Assembly: GCA_965219455.1 (NCBI GenBank)
Contig: OZ244744.1
Location: 5,376,001 to 5,440,000, forward strand
Reading direction: 5' to 3'
Origin: Candidatus Latescibacterota bacterium
Lineage (GTDB): Bacteria; Latescibacterota; UBA2968; GCA-2709665
Length of the DNA: 64,000 bases
Shown: piece after piece, positions 61,921-64,000 of the stretch
Layout of the letters: every line of letters starts with the position of its first letter
Position numbering within the stretch: the first letter of the stretch is position 1
Notes under the pieces: generated by a model
What the model was told of the DNA's origin: nothing
The model's input: only the letters and a program-made list of their open reading frames with translations
Databases searched by the model: none
Position numbers and translations under genes: made by a program

Positions 61921-64000
61921 ATGTCTTTGCCCGAATTCTCGATAAAATATCCGGTGACGGTTGCAATGGCCACGCTGGCGGTCGCGCTCCTGGGTTGGAT
62001 CTCGCTGGCGCGGCTGGACGTGGATCTGTTGCCCGACCTGCGTTCTCCCGTGATCACTGTCGACCTGCGTTTTCCGGGTAAGACTCCCAGGGAAATGGAG
62101 GAGCGTTATGCGCAGCGGCTCGAAGGGGATATCGGTACGGTGCGCCATGTCAAGCGGGTACATTCAGTGTCTCGCTCCGGGCAGGCCGTGGTGATCGCGG
62201 AATTTGAATGGGACGCGGATATGGATTTCGCCCTGCTCGACGTGCAAAAAAAAGTGGCGCGTTACGCAGCGGATCCGGATATCACGAGTCTGGACGTGAC
62301 TCAGGAAGACCCTCAGGCGCTGCCGGTGATGCGCCTGGCCGTCTCCGGAGCGGATTGGCAGGATCCGGACGAATTGCTGGGCAGCGTGGAAACGATAATA
62401 AGGCCGAAACTTGAAGGGTTCTCCGGGGTGGCTTCGGTTGAAATCGAAGGGGGGGCGGAGAAGGAGATCCATGTCACGCTGGATTCCTATCTTCTGCAGG
62501 CCTTTGGTGTCAATTCCGAAACGGTCGTCTCGCGGATTCGTGAGGCGAATTCGGATGTCTCCGGGGGAACGTTGAAGGACGGACAACGTTCCTTTCTGGT
62601 CAAGGGTCTGGGACGTCTGACCGGTTTGCAGGACGTGAACAACCTGGTTGTGGGTGAGCGCGGAGGCGGAACGGCGAACGGCCAGGAAGACGCCCCAACC
62701 CAGCGGGTGCCCGTCACGGTTAGCGACGTGGGTACCGTGGCTCTACGATACAAGGAAAGGGAAACCATCGTGCGGCTCGACGGCATGGAGTGCGTCGGGC
62801 TTTCCGTTTACAAAGAAGCGGGTGCGAATACCTCGTCGGTGGCCAAAGGGGTTCTTCAAGAACTGGGAAGCCTTGAGTCCGACCTGGCCGGCATTCGGTT
62901 TACGGTGGTGGAAAATCAGGCACGTTTTGTTGAACGCGCGGTAAACGAAGTGGAAGAAGCGGCTGTTTTCGGTGCGTTACTGGCCGTGGGCGTGCTGCTG
63001 GCTGCGCTACGGCAGTGGACAGCCACACTGGTGATTGGACTTGCCATTCCGATTTCCGTACTGGCCACCTTCACGCTGATGTATTTCCAGGGGTTGACGT
63101 TGAATGTGATGACCCTGGGCGGGTTGGCGTTGGGGGCAGGCATGCTGGTTGATAACGCCATTGTCGTGATCGAAAACATCTACCGGCACCTCGAACGGGG
63201 GGAAACGGCCGCCGAAGCCTCCATCAGAGGCGCGAGCGAGGTCGGGGTCGCCATTCTGGCCTCCACGCTTACCACGGTGTCCGTGTTTCTGCCCATCGTC
63301 TATCTTCAAGGGTTGGCTGGCGAACTCTTCAAGGAGCAGGCCTGGACGGTAGCGTTTTCGCTGATTTCGTCTCTTGCGGTGGCCATGACTGTGGTTCCGA
63401 TGTTGACCGCCCGGCTTTTCGGGCGGTATCCTCGCCGATCCGCAAGAGGCGCCGGCTCGGCCACGTTCAGGCGCTTTCTGGGTGGATCACTCAGCCACAA
63501 GGGCCGCACGTTGGCGGTGCTTGCCGCTTGTCTTCTGGCCGCCGTCTACATGGCCGGGTCGATCCATACGTCTTTTATACCCGGGGAAGACGAGGGTGTG
63601 CTTCACGTGGACCTCTCGCTCCCGGAGGGCACGAGGCTCGAGTCAACGGACCGGGTGGCGAGACGCGTTGCCGCAATCACACAGGCGGTCACCGGAGAGG
63701 AAGCCCGTCACATTTACCTCCGCGTGGGAAACGATCCGAACCGGTTGACGGCCGTGGGAGAACCCACCGGCCCGAACAGGGCCGAGCTGACGGTGGTGCT
63801 GGTGCAGCGAACGGACCGGCGCAGTCTCTCCGAACTCACCGCCGCGCTGGATACGGCCATTCGGGAAGTGCCGGATATTAAGGTAAACTATCGCCTTCAA
63901 AAGGCTGCATTAGAAGGACTTATCGGTGGAGATGCCGCACCGGTTCAAGTCGAGGTCAGCGGAGAGAACCTGGATTTACTCCGGGAACTGACGGCAGATC
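61921..64000 (+). CDS. RND efflux permease (AcrB/AcrD/AcrF family), runs off the window end
   Basis: MSLPEFSIKYPVT...LDVDLLPDL; IPISVLATF, LNVMTLGGLALGAGMLVDNAIVVIENI, ASTLTT..VFLP. Confidence 0.93.
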   Translation, partial: MSLPEFSIKYPVTVAMATLAVALLGWISLARLDVDLLPDLRSPVITVDLRFPGKTPREMEERYAQRLEGDIGTVRHVKRVHSVSRSGQAVVIAEFEWDADMDFALLDVQKKVARYAADPDITSLDVTQEDPQALPVMRLAVSGADWQDPDELLGSVETIIRPKLEGFSGVASVEIEGGAEKEIHVTLDSYLLQAFGVNSETVVSRIREANSDVSGGTLKDGQRSFLVKGLGRLTGLQDVNNLVVGERGGGTANGQEDAPTQRVPVTVSDVGTVALRYKERETIVRLDGMECVGLSVYKEAGANTSSVAKGVLQELGSLESDLAGIRFTVVENQARFVERAVNEVEEAAVFGALLAVGVLLAALRQWTATLVIGLAIPISVLATFTLMYFQGLTLNVMTLGGLALGAGMLVDNAIVVIENIYRHLERGETAAEASIRGASEVGVAILASTLTTVSVFLPIVYLQGLAGELFKEQAWTVAFSLISSLAVAMTVVPMLTARLFGRYPRRSARGAGSATFRRFLGGSLSHKGRTLAVLAACLLAAVYMAGSIHTSFIPGEDEGVLHVDLSLPEGTRLESTDRVARRVAAITQAVTGEEARHIYLRVGNDPNRLTAVGEPTGPNRAELTVVLVQRTDRRSLSELTAALDTAIREVPDIKVNYRLQKAALEGLIGGDAAPVQVEVSGENLDLLRELTAD

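Overview
GC-rich bacterial chromosomal window. An FCB-group lineage such as Latescibacterota or Gemmatimonadota is inferred from the NYPNPFN/FlgD-Ig C-terminal sorting domains and the pyrG-lptC-lptA-lptB-rpoN order. In order, it contains: an arsenic-related corner (DUF547 end, ArsS-type radical SAM, truncated arsC); catabolic and housekeeping genes (apt, tRNA-Arg(CCT), ruvX, mltG, pcrA/uvrD, gatC, an atypical pyrG, lptCAB, rpoN); an HPPD-like orphan between two MITE-like repeats; a pair of large secreted lamin-tail-domain proteins behind a sigma-54-type promoter, one with a dockerin and one with tandem cohesin-like domains; a selenocysteine-containing NAD-linked formate dehydrogenase operon that the ORF track splits at its UGA; a ~12 kb methyl-group/C1 cluster (HMT-methyltransferase fusion, two SDRs, DMFase beta-like, BHMT, ThDP enzyme, MgdA-like oxidoreductase, triple-Rid protein); and an ABC/pseudo-M1-peptidase plus RND export locus that runs off the end. 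All calls come from motif recognition by eye; no searches were run.
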